Positions 41,976 through 51,124 of a stretch of DNA of 64,000 nucleotides are shown piece by piece. Each line of letters starts with the position of its first letter. Position 1 is the first letter of the stretch. Position numbers and translations under genes: made by a program. The notes beneath the pieces were generated by a model. That model was not told where the DNA came from. It ran no database searches and saw nothing but the letters and a program-made list of their open reading frames with translations. Source of the stretch: Acidobacteriota bacterium (GTDB taxonomy: Bacteria; Acidobacteriota; UBA6911); the NCBI GenBank assembly GCA_963664705.1, contig OY761556.1:5408001-5472000 (forward strand), written 5' to 3'.

Positions 41976-43030
41976 AGACGAGAAGGTTTCTCTGCAAAGC
42001 TGACCTGGACCCGTTTGTGCTCGATTTGCTGAATAGCGGCATCCGTGTGATTGCGCCGGTGCGAATAAAGGAGGAGGGGCGCGAATTTCTTTCCTACCGG
42101 CGTGTGCATAATTCGGATGAGATCATTCTTGAAGGATTGATTCCAGCCCAGTCATTGAAGGAAGCGATATTTCCTCCGACAGAAGCCTTGTTTGGTTGGA
42201 AAATTTCCAAATCTCTGGTCTCCATCCAGGAACGTCCTGAGTTTTTCGAGGAAACAGTAGTCATTGGCGCCAGTCCATGTGATGCGGCGTCTCTGGAAAT
42301 CGTAGATCATGTCATGGGATGGGGCTGCCGCGATGAATTGTGGTTCGGGCGCAGAGCGGCTACTACCATCCTTGCGGTGGCATGCACTCAATGTGATGAT
42401 GCCTGCTTCTGCGCGGCAATGGGGCTTTCACCAGAGAGTACACGCGGGGCCGATTGGTTCCTCACCCCGACGTCAGGGGGCTTCAATATTGAGGTTCTTA
42501 CCACTAAAGGGATACAGCTTCTGCAGCGGCAGGAATCGAGACTTACGGAACCCATGGCTGATAGCGAAAGCAATTCTGACAGGTGCTCCAAAGTGCAAGA
42601 GAACCTCACCATTGAGCTTGAGAAAATTCAGCATTGGCTTGAAAGAAGTTTCAAAGACTCCATATGGAAGGAAATGGCATTGCGATGTCATGGGTGCGGC
42701 ACATGCACCTATGTGTGCCCGACCTGCCATTGTTTCGATATTGCGGATGAACCGGAAGGAACGGATCAAGGTAGCCGCAGGCGCAATTGGGATACATGCC
42801 AAACGGGGAGGTTCACCCTGCAGGCCTCCGGGCATAACCCGCGCAGAGATCAGACGGCACGGTTCCGCCAGCGCATCACGCATAAATTTTCCACATATCC
42901 ACTCCGCTTCGGCGAGGTTTTGTGTACCGGTTGTGGCCGCTGCATTCGATCTTGTGCGGCCGGAGTAGATCTTATTTCCATTCTGCGAGACATTGATGGT
43001 CGTGCGGGCAAATCCGGAGGCGCGCGATGA
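41972..43030 (+). CDS. flxB: FlxB-like (AsrA/HydB family) 4Fe-4S protein
   Basis: PCD, CFC, CHGCGTCTYVCPTCHCFD, RRNWDTC, RFRQRITHKF and CTGCGRCIRSC. Confidence 0.85.
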   Translation: MKTRRFLCKADLDPFVLDLLNSGIRVIAPVRIKEEGREFLSYRRVHNSDEIILEGLIPAQSLKEAIFPPTEALFGWKISKSLVSIQERPEFFEETVVIGASPCDAASLEIVDHVMGWGCRDELWFGRRAATTILAVACTQCDDACFCAAMGLSPESTRGADWFLTPTSGGFNIEVLTTKGIQLLQRQESRLTEPMADSESNSDRCSKVQENLTIELEKIQHWLERSFKDSIWKEMALRCHGCGTCTYVCPTCHCFDIADEPEGTDQGSRRRNWDTCQTGRFTLQASGHNPRRDQTARFRQRITHKFSTYPLRFGEVLCTGCGRCIRSCAAGVDLISILRDIDGRAGKSGGAR

Positions 43031-43857
43031 ACCTCTATCAACCGCACCTGATGAGCATCGAGGAAATTACCGATGAAACTCCGGATATCCGAACTCTGCG
43101 ATTGTCCTTCCAGGATGCTGTTGTGGCCGAGAGTTTCGATTTCAAGGCCGGGCAGTTTGGACAGTATTCCGTTTTTGGAGCCGGGGAGTGCGCACTCAGC
43201 TTTACGTCTTCCCCGCTGCGCAAGGATGCGATAGAAGCAACGTTTCAGACATCGGGCAAAGTAACCGGCGCCATCCGACGTTTGAATGCCGGCGACACAA
43301 TAGGGTTTCGTGGCCCCTACGGGAACGGTTTTCCCATGGAGAAAATGCAGGGCAAGAATCTGGTTGTCATCGCAAGCGGTATGGCTTTGGCCCCTGCGCG
43401 CAGCCTGATCCGGCAGGTGCTGGATGCGCGCGACATGTTCAAAAACCTGTGTATTATTTACGGCGCGCGAAGCGTTCCTGAGCGCATATACAGAAGCGAA
43501 CTCCAGCAATGGTCCGAAAGGCCCGATCTGAGCCTGCATCAATGCGTGGATCCGGGTGGCGAGTCCCATGATTGGAAGGGAGATGTCAGCTTCGTGCCTA
43601 CGCTGGCCGCGAAGGTGTCTCCCTCGCCGGAGAATGCTTGCGCGGTGGTATGCGGCCCCCCGGTTGTTGTATCCCTCACGTTGCAGTTGCTGGAACGACT
43701 GGGCTTTTCTTCCGATGCCCTGTACACGACGCTTCAAAACCGCATGAAATGTGGCATCGGGAAATGCGGGCGCTGCAATGTCGGTCCGATGTACGTGTGC
43801 AAGGACGGCCCCGTCTTCAGCTACGCACAGCTTAAATCCCTTCCGCCCGAATATTAG
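43027..43857 (+). CDS. flxA: FlxA-like FAD/NAD-binding subunit (AsrB/PyrK family)
   Basis: FKAGQF, RGPYGNGF, VCGPP and MKCGIGKCGRC…VCKDGPVF. Confidence 0.88.
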   Translation: MNLYQPHLMSIEEITDETPDIRTLRLSFQDAVVAESFDFKAGQFGQYSVFGAGECALSFTSSPLRKDAIEATFQTSGKVTGAIRRLNAGDTIGFRGPYGNGFPMEKMQGKNLVVIASGMALAPARSLIRQVLDARDMFKNLCIIYGARSVPERIYRSELQQWSERPDLSLHQCVDPGGESHDWKGDVSFVPTLAAKVSPSPENACAVVCGPPVVVSLTLQLLERLGFSSDALYTTLQNRMKCGIGKCGRCNVGPMYVCKDGPVFSYAQLKSLPPEY

Positions 43858-43885
43858 CGCCGCTGGAGAATACCGTCTTTCCGTC

Positions 43886-44770
43886 CTATTTCCGGAACGA
43901 CATCGAATCCAGGCCGGCGAGGAATGCCGCGATGAGCTGATAGCTGCCGTAATAATCACTGGATAGTATGGCGGAAATATTGTCCTGATTCGTGTGAAGG
44001 AGATGGAGCGTCTCGCTGGTAACCGAGTGGAGCGTTATGATCGGAATACCGCGTTCTTTGAAGGAGTGACCGTCACTATCCCCGACTCCATCGACATTCA
44101 TTTCCCTGGCAGGGAGATTCAGCGCCTCCGCTGTCGAAAACAATTCCCTAACCAATCGCGGGTCGCTGTTATGAACCCAGACTTCCGTGGGGCCCAGGCC
44201 CAATGTGTCGATGTCGATCATAGCCCGCATGTGTGCAATTTCGGCGTCCGATAGACCATGCACATACGCAAGTGAGCCGATCATTCCCTTTTCTTCATCA
44301 GTAAAGCCAATGAAAACAAAAGTATGGCGACGAGGTTTTGATCGCAGGCTCTGATAGAGGCTGGGGAGCAGGGATGCCCCGCTCCAGTTGTCCACGACTC
44401 CGTCTCCCTTGTGCACATGGTCGAAGTGGGCTCCAACCACAATGATCTCTTCTCCTGTTCCGCGCAGTGTACAGGCAACGTTTGGCGATGAGGATCTTGG
44501 TACCGCCTTTTCCTGCAAGTCGGTGCAGCCGGCGTCTGAAAACAGTTTCTTCAAGGCGGCTTCACGCGCCGGGTTGGCTTGTGTGTACTGCCTGAGCCGG
44601 CCATCAATGACCTGATTCGGAAGCTGATAAAACTCGCCGGACTGAGCAGGAAAAATCGATTGGGTGCAAAGCCAAAACAACAAGATCCCGGCCGGAATCC
44701 GCAGCGCCAAATTTTTGAAGAAGCGAAGGTTCAACACATCTTCAATGATAGCAGACTCCATCAAAAGCAT
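43886..44770 (-). CDS. M28 family peptidase
   Basis: VVGAHFDH, VDNWSG, FTDEEKGMIGS, IDIDTLG, SDGHSF and HTNQD. Start uncertain. Confidence 0.88.
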   Translation of the reverse strand: MLLMESAIIEDVLNLRFFKNLALRIPAGILLFWLCTQSIFPAQSGEFYQLPNQVIDGRLRQYTQANPAREAALKKLFSDAGCTDLQEKAVPRSSSPNVACTLRGTGEEIIVVGAHFDHVHKGDGVVDNWSGASLLPSLYQSLRSKPRRHTFVFIGFTDEEKGMIGSLAYVHGLSDAEIAHMRAMIDIDTLGLGPTEVWVHNSDPRLVRELFSTAEALNLPAREMNVDGVGDSDGHSFKERGIPIITLHSVTSETLHLLHTNQDNISAILSSDYYGSYQLIAAFLAGLDSMSFRK

Positions 44771-44816
44771 GCGGACTGCTGCGCTTCTGAACTAGTGAAG
44801 TCGGGAATCCCCTTCG

Positions 44817-46472
44817 TTACTTTTTCTTGAAAAGTCCACGGATGGCATTTTGAAGAGAATCTCCCGTTTTCGACTGGCCGTCCTTGGTGTTCCCACCTAA
44901 AACCGATTCCAGCATTCCCCCCACGGCCTTCTTTACATCGGGAACGAATTTGGGATTGGAAGCGGTGCCACGGATGAAGAAGGGCACCTCCAGACTGCTT
45001 CGCTTAATCAGGCGCGCCACTTCCGCTCCGATTCCACCGGCAGGGGTCAGCGTCGCATTCATTTTGAAATCCAGCGATTGGTCGGCAGCAACGAGGCCGC
45101 TGCCTTGCAATTTGCCTATGGAGGGCACGAGGAGGTCCAGGCTGGATACCTGAATGCCTTCGGGCGACAACTGCAATGTGGAGGTGAACTGTTCTATGTC
45201 GGTATCCAGGTTTGACTTCAAACCGGCTTGAGCCGCAACCAATGCCATTTTTCCGGAGAGATCGAAGCCGGTCAGCCGGGTTTTGACGATTTCGACATTT
45301 CCGGAAGTCCGCAGCTTTTCAGCCGGGCCCTCAGTGGACAGGTTTGCATTCAGCGTGCCGCCCTTTAACGCAGCGCCTTTCGGAAGAGTGATGCCGAAGG
45401 CGGGGAATAATGCAGTCAGGTCTTCCACTGGCATGCCTGTGCCACGGAGAATCATTTTAAGGTTCAGGCTGTTCTCGACCAGTTCATAGGTTCCGCCCAG
45501 ACGAGCCACCGCCTTGCCGATTTCAACTTTGGTGTCATCGAGTCTTCCGGCCCGACGGAGCAGATTGTAGTCTACGGAATATTGCAGGCCAATCATTCTG
45601 CCGGCGGGTGCGCCGTTGCTTGTGATGCGTAATTTGTCCGCGGAGGCTTTCCCATTGCTTTGAACTTCGGCACCGTTGGAGTGAAGGCTGCCGCTGAAAT
45701 CAAATGTTCCGGCAAGCCCGGATCCGGGTTCCGAAAAGCCGGAAGCAAGCAAATCGAAGTGCTTCACATCCAATTCCGCCGTGAGAGGAGTCAGCGTCAT
45801 ATCCTGCTTGTTGAATGGGCCGGCTTTTCCTTCGAGTCTCAAACTGCCTTCGCCGGGAAGGGCTGCGGCCAGTTTGAATGGGAATTCGGAGGTATAGGAT
45901 AAGTCATTGATCTTTACGCTTACATTGTTGATGGTGGATGGTTTGCGGCTTGAGTCCAGGTGAACGAGCGTGATCTGACCGTCTAAAATTTCCAGCTGCT
46001 TGATGGACACGCCGGCTCGGGTAAAATCCGAAGACGCGCCCGGGCTCGAAGGCTTCTGTCCCGTATTGCCGCTTCCCAGATCGGAGAAATTCCATTGTCC
46101 CGATTTGGAACCAATCAATGTTATAGACGGGCGATCCAAAGTGATTCCCTGGATACGGACGGCCTTGTCAAATATCAGCGGTTTCAGCTCCACGGAAAAG
46201 TGGAGCGATTGGGCACTAACGAATGGAGATTTGCTGAACGCTGGATTGTCGGCGATGCGGATATCCTCTACTCGAACGCTGCCGGAAATGATGGATAGTT
46301 TCAGGTTGCCAAGTTTGACATCGCGGCCAAGTGCAGATGACAGCTTGGACTCAATCTGAGGACGAAACTGGTTGGCATCCAGAATGAATGGAAGCGCCGC
46401 TGCCGCCAAAACCACCAAGACAACCAAAATCGCGAACCATTTCAGAATTCGAACTTTTCCGGAGGTAGGCAT
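44817..46472 (-). CDS. AsmA family protein
   Basis: N-terminal TM, then DANQFRPQIESKLSSALGRDV, IADNPAF and GQWNFSDL; C-terminal PFFIRGTASNPKF. Confidence 0.88.
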   Translation of the reverse strand: MPTSGKVRILKWFAILVVLVVLAAAALPFILDANQFRPQIESKLSSALGRDVKLGNLKLSIISGSVRVEDIRIADNPAFSKSPFVSAQSLHFSVELKPLIFDKAVRIQGITLDRPSITLIGSKSGQWNFSDLGSGNTGQKPSSPGASSDFTRAGVSIKQLEILDGQITLVHLDSSRKPSTINNVSVKINDLSYTSEFPFKLAAALPGEGSLRLEGKAGPFNKQDMTLTPLTAELDVKHFDLLASGFSEPGSGLAGTFDFSGSLHSNGAEVQSNGKASADKLRITSNGAPAGRMIGLQYSVDYNLLRRAGRLDDTKVEIGKAVARLGGTYELVENSLNLKMILRGTGMPVEDLTALFPAFGITLPKGAALKGGTLNANLSTEGPAEKLRTSGNVEIVKTRLTGFDLSGKMALVAAQAGLKSNLDTDIEQFTSTLQLSPEGIQVSSLDLLVPSIGKLQGSGLVAADQSLDFKMNATLTPAGGIGAEVARLIKRSSLEVPFFIRGTASNPKFVPDVKKAVGGMLESVLGGNTKDGQSKTGDSLQNAIRGLFKKK

Positions 46473-46572
46473 AAATCCCCCTGGCTGATGTAAACTCAAG
46501 TTTGATCGAAGGTAAGCCTTAGAGCTTTCACATTTGAACTTTACATTCACTTCGCGCGCCGGTTCAAGGCTA

Positions 46573-46602
46573 TTGACAATGCGGAAACACCCGGACTACG
46601 CT
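46573..46602 (+). promoter_or_regulatory. Putative sigma70 promoter
   Basis: TTGACA-N18-TACGCT upstream of the 46689 gene. Confidence 0.35.
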
Positions 46603-46688
46603 ACGACTCGCTCTCGCATTGTTAATTGCCCCCGGTTCTTTCTAATGACCTATGCTGGCAGTTCAGGTTTGGCCTGCTTGAGGAAAGT

Positions 46689-47282
46689 ATGGCAGTAAAG
46701 CACGATTTTGGATCAGAAAAACAAGCAAACGAGTTAAGAGAACGAACCGGTCCGCAGAATGCGAGGAGCGGCAAATCCGAGAACGTGGATGTTCTTGTCG
46801 CCCGTTTTTTGGCAGAGCTTAACGATCTCTCCGCAGAGATGGGGCACTCCGGGAGTTCGACGCATGATGCCGCTGTGGCCGGCAAGCCCGGAGGCCAAGT
46901 CCTCGGTTTGCATAGCAATAGTGAATCCAAGGCCCAGGTGGACCTCGAGAAGATCAATCAAGAGATCGAAGCATCCCTGGTCCAACTGGAGACCCTTAGA
47001 CCTACCTTTAACCTGCCTAAAGAGGTTCCGCCACCAGAGGTCGCTCCGGAACTCCCGGCTCCCGCGCCGCCCGTTGTCAGGCCGCCGGATCGGAGATCGC
47101 TTCGGAATCAGCCGGTAACCATTCAGCCCGATGTTGAAGAGCAGGCCTGGAAGCGGATTGAACTCTTCAGGAACAGCATTGTGGCGCATAAACCGGTCTA
47201 TCGCCGGCCTGTTGTCTGGGTTATAGCGCTGCTTATCATTCTTGCCGGGACGTGTTTTTATTATTTCGGTTTCAATGCGTAA
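46689..47282 (+). CDS. Hypothetical tail-anchored membrane protein (disordered, Pro-rich linker, C-terminal TM)
   Basis: GAGG RBS before ATG 46689; PPPEVAPELPAPAPP linker; terminal helix VVWVIALLIILAGTCFYYF. Confidence 0.75.
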   Translation: MAVKHDFGSEKQANELRERTGPQNARSGKSENVDVLVARFLAELNDLSAEMGHSGSSTHDAAVAGKPGGQVLGLHSNSESKAQVDLEKINQEIEASLVQLETLRPTFNLPKEVPPPEVAPELPAPAPPVVRPPDRRSLRNQPVTIQPDVEEQAWKRIELFRNSIVAHKPVYRRPVVWVIALLIILAGTCFYYFGFNA

Positions 47283-47298
47283 TGACGTGGAAAAATCT

Positions 47299-47535
47299 AT
47301 GACGAACGATCAGAAAAGCAGGTATGAGACAATGAAACAGATGGCCAAGGAAGAGTTGGACCATCTGGATCGAGAGCTGAGCGAAGAGGTGATCCGCGCC
47401 AAGCAGAGAATCGAAGAACTCCAGAAGGCAAAGAGAGTTGTGAAACAGATTTATGACAATGCCTGCACACTGCTGGGCGTCAAGAGTGTGATCGAAATGA
47501 AGGACTATGGTCTGGATGTAGAGAAACACAATTAG
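47299..47535 (+). CDS. Small coiled-coil hypothetical protein (78 aa)
   Basis: Heptad-rich MAKEELDHLDRELSEEVIRAKQRIEELQKAK; alternative start at 47275. Confidence 0.75.
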   Translation: MTNDQKSRYETMKQMAKEELDHLDRELSEEVIRAKQRIEELQKAKRVVKQIYDNACTLLGVKSVIEMKDYGLDVEKHN

Positions 47536-47609
47536 GCCTGCGCGTCGGCCGTCAAAAATCGGGGCCCTGGAGATAGGCTTGTTTTGATGTTGGCTCCTGA
47601 AGGCTAAAT

Positions 47610-50066
47610 ATGGAAGATCGATTCCTCTCGCGATTTACCCCAAGCTTGATGCCGCCGGATGCGCTGGAAGCCATTTTTGTTCAGCGAGAAGTGTTGTTGC
47701 GCGAAATCCTTGAACGCGTAAGGACCAGCGCGCGTGGCTCCGAAAAGAAGAATACTTTGCTGGTGGGGCCAAGAGGAATCGGGAAAACCCATCTGATTTC
47801 GCTTACCTATTATCGACTCCGTTCCATGGTTGAAATGCAGGACCGCATCGTGATCGCCTGGATGCGCGAGGAGGAATGGGGAATCGCCTGCTTCCGGGAT
47901 CTGCTGCTTCGCTTATTGAGGACGCTGGTTGCCGAGGATGAGACGAAACTTAATTCGGTTTATTCCGCCCCGCCGTCTGAAACGGAAGCTGCCGCCCTCA
48001 AGTTGATCCGGGAATGCGTTGAAGGCCGGACCCTCGTAATCCTCGTTGAAAACCTTGACGATCTTGTGCGAAAGCTCGGTGGGCCCGGGGAAATGCAGTT
48101 CTACAATTTCCTCAAGCAGAGCGGGTTCTGCTGCATGGTGGCAACGTCTCCAGGGCCGGTTGCGCGCGTATTCTCACCGGGCTCTCCTTTTCGACGGGAC
48201 TTTTTTCATATACAGCCTTTGAAGGAACTGGATTTTGAGACTGCCGTGCAGCTGATTTCGAAAATTGCGGAATACCAGGGTAATGAAAACCTGAAGTTCC
48301 TCATCAATACCCCGCGCGGACGCGCACGGGTTCGCGCCTTGCGATACCTGGCGGGTGGAAACCATCGAGCCTATGTCATTTTTGCCCCGCTTCTCGCATA
48401 CGAATCCATTGGCCAGATCATCCGACCTTTGATGCAGACGATTGATGATCTGACACCCTATTACAATTCGCGGATTGCAGCCCTTCCGTGGGAGCAGCGT
48501 CAGATCCTCGAGTATATCTGTGAAGCTCGCCGCCCGGTCCGTACCGGGGATGTCACGAGAACCTGCTTCCTCCCGCGAGCGGCCGCTTCTGTGCAACTGG
48601 ATGCGCTCTGCACAATGGGGTATCTGCATACCCTGAAAGTAGGGGATGATGCCTATTACGAGCTGCGTGAACCGCTGCTGCGTTTGTCCTTCGAGGTAAA
48701 AAAACACCGCGGCAAGCCATTGGGACTGCTGTCGGACTTCCTGCGTCTCTGGTATTCCCCGGAAGAGCTGAAACAGAAACTGTCCAATCCGGCAAATGCG
48801 GTGCCGGAGCAGCCATATATTCCTGATCTCGCATCGGTTGAACAGAAGTGGCACGATCCCAGGATCGCGGAGTGCTGCCGCGATTATGCTTCAGCGATTC
48901 GTGCGAGCGAATACGAACGGGCGTTGAAATCTGCCGAGGACCTTGTGGCTATCCGCGGATTTTTGCAGGACAGAATGGCATTCGCCTCATGCCTGGTCCG
49001 CCTGGGTCGCTACGATCATGCCATTGCCGTCTATGACCAAGTGATAGCTTCAGGGAAGGAAGATGCCTTGGTCTGGAGACTGCGCGCTTCCACACTCAAT
49101 GCCACGGGTCGATATGAAGAGGCACTGGACTCCTGCAGAAAATCTCTGGATCTCGATAGGGACGCGAGCGAAACGTGGAATTGTGAAGCCTTGATCCTCC
49201 TGAACCTTGATCGAAACGAGGAGGCACTATATTCCTGCGAAGCTGCCTTGAAACTCAACGAGAACAATTCGAGCGCCTGGACGACGCTTGGGACGGCACT
49301 CGCGGACTCGGGCCTGTTCGATGAATCGTTCCGAGCGTTTTCAAAGGTCGTCGAACTGGAACCGCACAACTCGAAGGCGAGAATGCACCTCTGTGCCGCC
49401 CTCATTGAGATGAATCGATGGGATGAAGCTTTTGAGGAGGCAAAATACGTTCTTGAAGCTGATCCGGATGAACCGGAGCCGTGGGTGCTGATCGGTACGG
49501 TTCTGGTGGGCATGAGCAAAAAGGAAGACGCTTTGACCGCATTTACGAAGGCGGCCTCGATGGGAGAGGATTCGGCTTTTGTCCAGTTCAAGGTGGTTGA
49601 ACTGCTGTTTGCCCTGGACCGATGGAGAGAAGCTGCCGTGCGCCTTGATCAGGCTCTTTTGCGATTTGCCCGTTCCGAGAGCCCGATTGCCGGTGATACC
49701 AAAACTCTGATTCGCTCCCTCCTGCCGAGCCTGTCCGATGACAGCATTCTGCCCCTGCTTATCAAGGTCCTGCTGCTGACTTATCGCAAGTACAATATGC
49801 TGGGTGCCCTGGCCCAGGGTTTGATTGTGTGTATTCCCGACATTGCCGCGTCCAATGTCATCGACAATGCCGAAGCTTCCATCTGGCTGGACTCGTGGAC
49901 AGTGATGGCCTGCGAATATGCGGAATTCCGTCTTCCCCTGCGCCTGCTTCAGGCGGCAGTCTCCTACCGCAAAACAAAGGACATTGGCGTGCTGATGAAG
50001 CTTTCCCAGGAAGAACGGACCTTGCTGGAGGCGCTTGTGGGAATCCATGTTGAAGCCATCGCATGA
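47610..50066 (+). CDS. STAND-like P-loop ATPase + winged helix + TPR protein
   Basis: Walker A GPRGIGKT, Walker B LVILVENLDD, GGNHR, wHTH-like segment (QRQILEYI…QLDALCTMGYL…YELREPLLR) and multiple TPRs. Confidence 0.82.
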   Translation: MEDRFLSRFTPSLMPPDALEAIFVQREVLLREILERVRTSARGSEKKNTLLVGPRGIGKTHLISLTYYRLRSMVEMQDRIVIAWMREEEWGIACFRDLLLRLLRTLVAEDETKLNSVYSAPPSETEAAALKLIRECVEGRTLVILVENLDDLVRKLGGPGEMQFYNFLKQSGFCCMVATSPGPVARVFSPGSPFRRDFFHIQPLKELDFETAVQLISKIAEYQGNENLKFLINTPRGRARVRALRYLAGGNHRAYVIFAPLLAYESIGQIIRPLMQTIDDLTPYYNSRIAALPWEQRQILEYICEARRPVRTGDVTRTCFLPRAAASVQLDALCTMGYLHTLKVGDDAYYELREPLLRLSFEVKKHRGKPLGLLSDFLRLWYSPEELKQKLSNPANAVPEQPYIPDLASVEQKWHDPRIAECCRDYASAIRASEYERALKSAEDLVAIRGFLQDRMAFASCLVRLGRYDHAIAVYDQVIASGKEDALVWRLRASTLNATGRYEEALDSCRKSLDLDRDASETWNCEALILLNLDRNEEALYSCEAALKLNENNSSAWTTLGTALADSGLFDESFRAFSKVVELEPHNSKARMHLCAALIEMNRWDEAFEEAKYVLEADPDEPEPWVLIGTVLVGMSKKEDALTAFTKAASMGEDSAFVQFKVVELLFALDRWREAAVRLDQALLRFARSESPIAGDTKTLIRSLLPSLSDDSILPLLIKVLLLTYRKYNMLGALAQGLIVCIPDIAASNVIDNAEASIWLDSWTVMACEYAEFRLPLRLLQAAVSYRKTKDIGVLMKLSQEERTLLEALVGIHVEAIA

Positions 50067-50134
50067 CTCGATTGACGCTGCACCAAAGCACCTAAATGTA
50101 GTGCCCATCCAGGATTTTTTAGTAGAATAAGCGA

Positions 50135-50791
50135 ATGAATAATTTAAAAGATTTGTGCTCCCGGATTGATCATACATTATTGAGGCCGGATGCAACGTTG
50201 AGTGATATCAAGAAGCTTTGCGCGGAAGCGCGCCGGTATCACTTCTATAGCGTCTGCGTTAATGGATCCTGGGTTTCAACCGCCTGTAAGATCCTGAAAG
50301 GATCCGGTGTCAAAGTTGCGGCCGTTGTGGGATTCCCCCTGGGCGCAATGTCCCAGGAGTCCAAATGGACTGAGACGGAGATTGCCGTCAGTGATGGGGC
50401 AGACGAAATAGATTTCGTTCTCAACATCGGCCGTTTAAAACAGGGCGATACTCGGTATGTTCGGAAGGAAATCAAAAATGAAATTGTCGCCGCCCATGCA
50501 AGACCCGTTAAGGTCATAATCGAGACCTCTCTGTTGAGCAGAAAGGAAAAAATACTGGCCTGCCGGATTGCGGCGGATGCCGGTGCACACTTTGTCAAAA
50601 CGTCGACCGGATTCGGCGGCGGAGGCGCAACCGTTGAAGATGTTCGCCTGATGAGAAAAACCGTTGGGCCCGATATCGGGGTTAAAGCTTCGGGAGGCAT
50701 TCGCGATTTCAAAGCAGCTTTGGCCATGATTGAAGCCGGCGCAACCCGGCTCGGGACTTCCGCGAGTGTCGCGATTGCTAAAGGAGAGTAA
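50135..50791 (+). CDS. deoC: Deoxyribose-phosphate aldolase
   Basis: IDHTLLRP, VVGFPLG, GADEID, KVIIET, FVKTSTGF, VKASGGIR and RLGTS. Confidence 0.97.
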   Translation: MNNLKDLCSRIDHTLLRPDATLSDIKKLCAEARRYHFYSVCVNGSWVSTACKILKGSGVKVAAVVGFPLGAMSQESKWTETEIAVSDGADEIDFVLNIGRLKQGDTRYVRKEIKNEIVAAHARPVKVIIETSLLSRKEKILACRIAADAGAHFVKTSTGFGGGGATVEDVRLMRKTVGPDIGVKASGGIRDFKAALAMIEAGATRLGTSASVAIAKGE

Positions 50792-50793
50792 GG

Positions 50794-51060
50794 ATGAAGT
50801 ATTTTGCCGCATTGTTGAGAATGAAGGATGTTGAAAAAAATACCGAGTACCGTCCCCAGCATATTGATTTCCTGACCCAGAATGAAAAAGCAGGAAAAAT
50901 CTTTGCCCGCGGGAAGTTTATGGGCGGCGAGGGTGGCCTGGTTATATACATTGCCGATTCACGTGAGGAAGCAGTGAAACTGGCCGAGAATGATCCCCTT
51001 GTCAAATTTGGGGCCAGGTACCTCGAAGTCTTCGAATGGGATATGCAGGTTGTGAAATAG
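50794..51060 (+). CDS. YciI family protein
   Basis: RPQHIDFL, GGLVI and AENDPLV. Confidence 0.85.
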   Translation: MKYFAALLRMKDVEKNTEYRPQHIDFLTQNEKAGKIFARGKFMGGEGGLVIYIADSREEAVKLAENDPLVKFGARYLEVFEWDMQVVK

Positions 51061-51067
51061 CAGGCAA

Positions 51068-51110
51068 GCGCCAGTCGTCAGTGAAGAGAGTTTCCACTGA
51101 CGACTGGCGC
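51068..51110. terminator. Perfect 16-bp hairpin between convergent genes
   Basis: GCGCCAGTCGTCAGTG-N11-CACTGACGACTGGCGC. Confidence 0.7.
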
Positions 51111-51124
51111 AGTTGATAAAGCTT

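Noticed and set aside
37146-43857. Methanogenesis, or an MvhAG hydrogenase-linked Hdr complex
   Set aside because: The context is bacterial and no [NiFe] hydrogenase subunits are present; the downstream genes are Flx-type.
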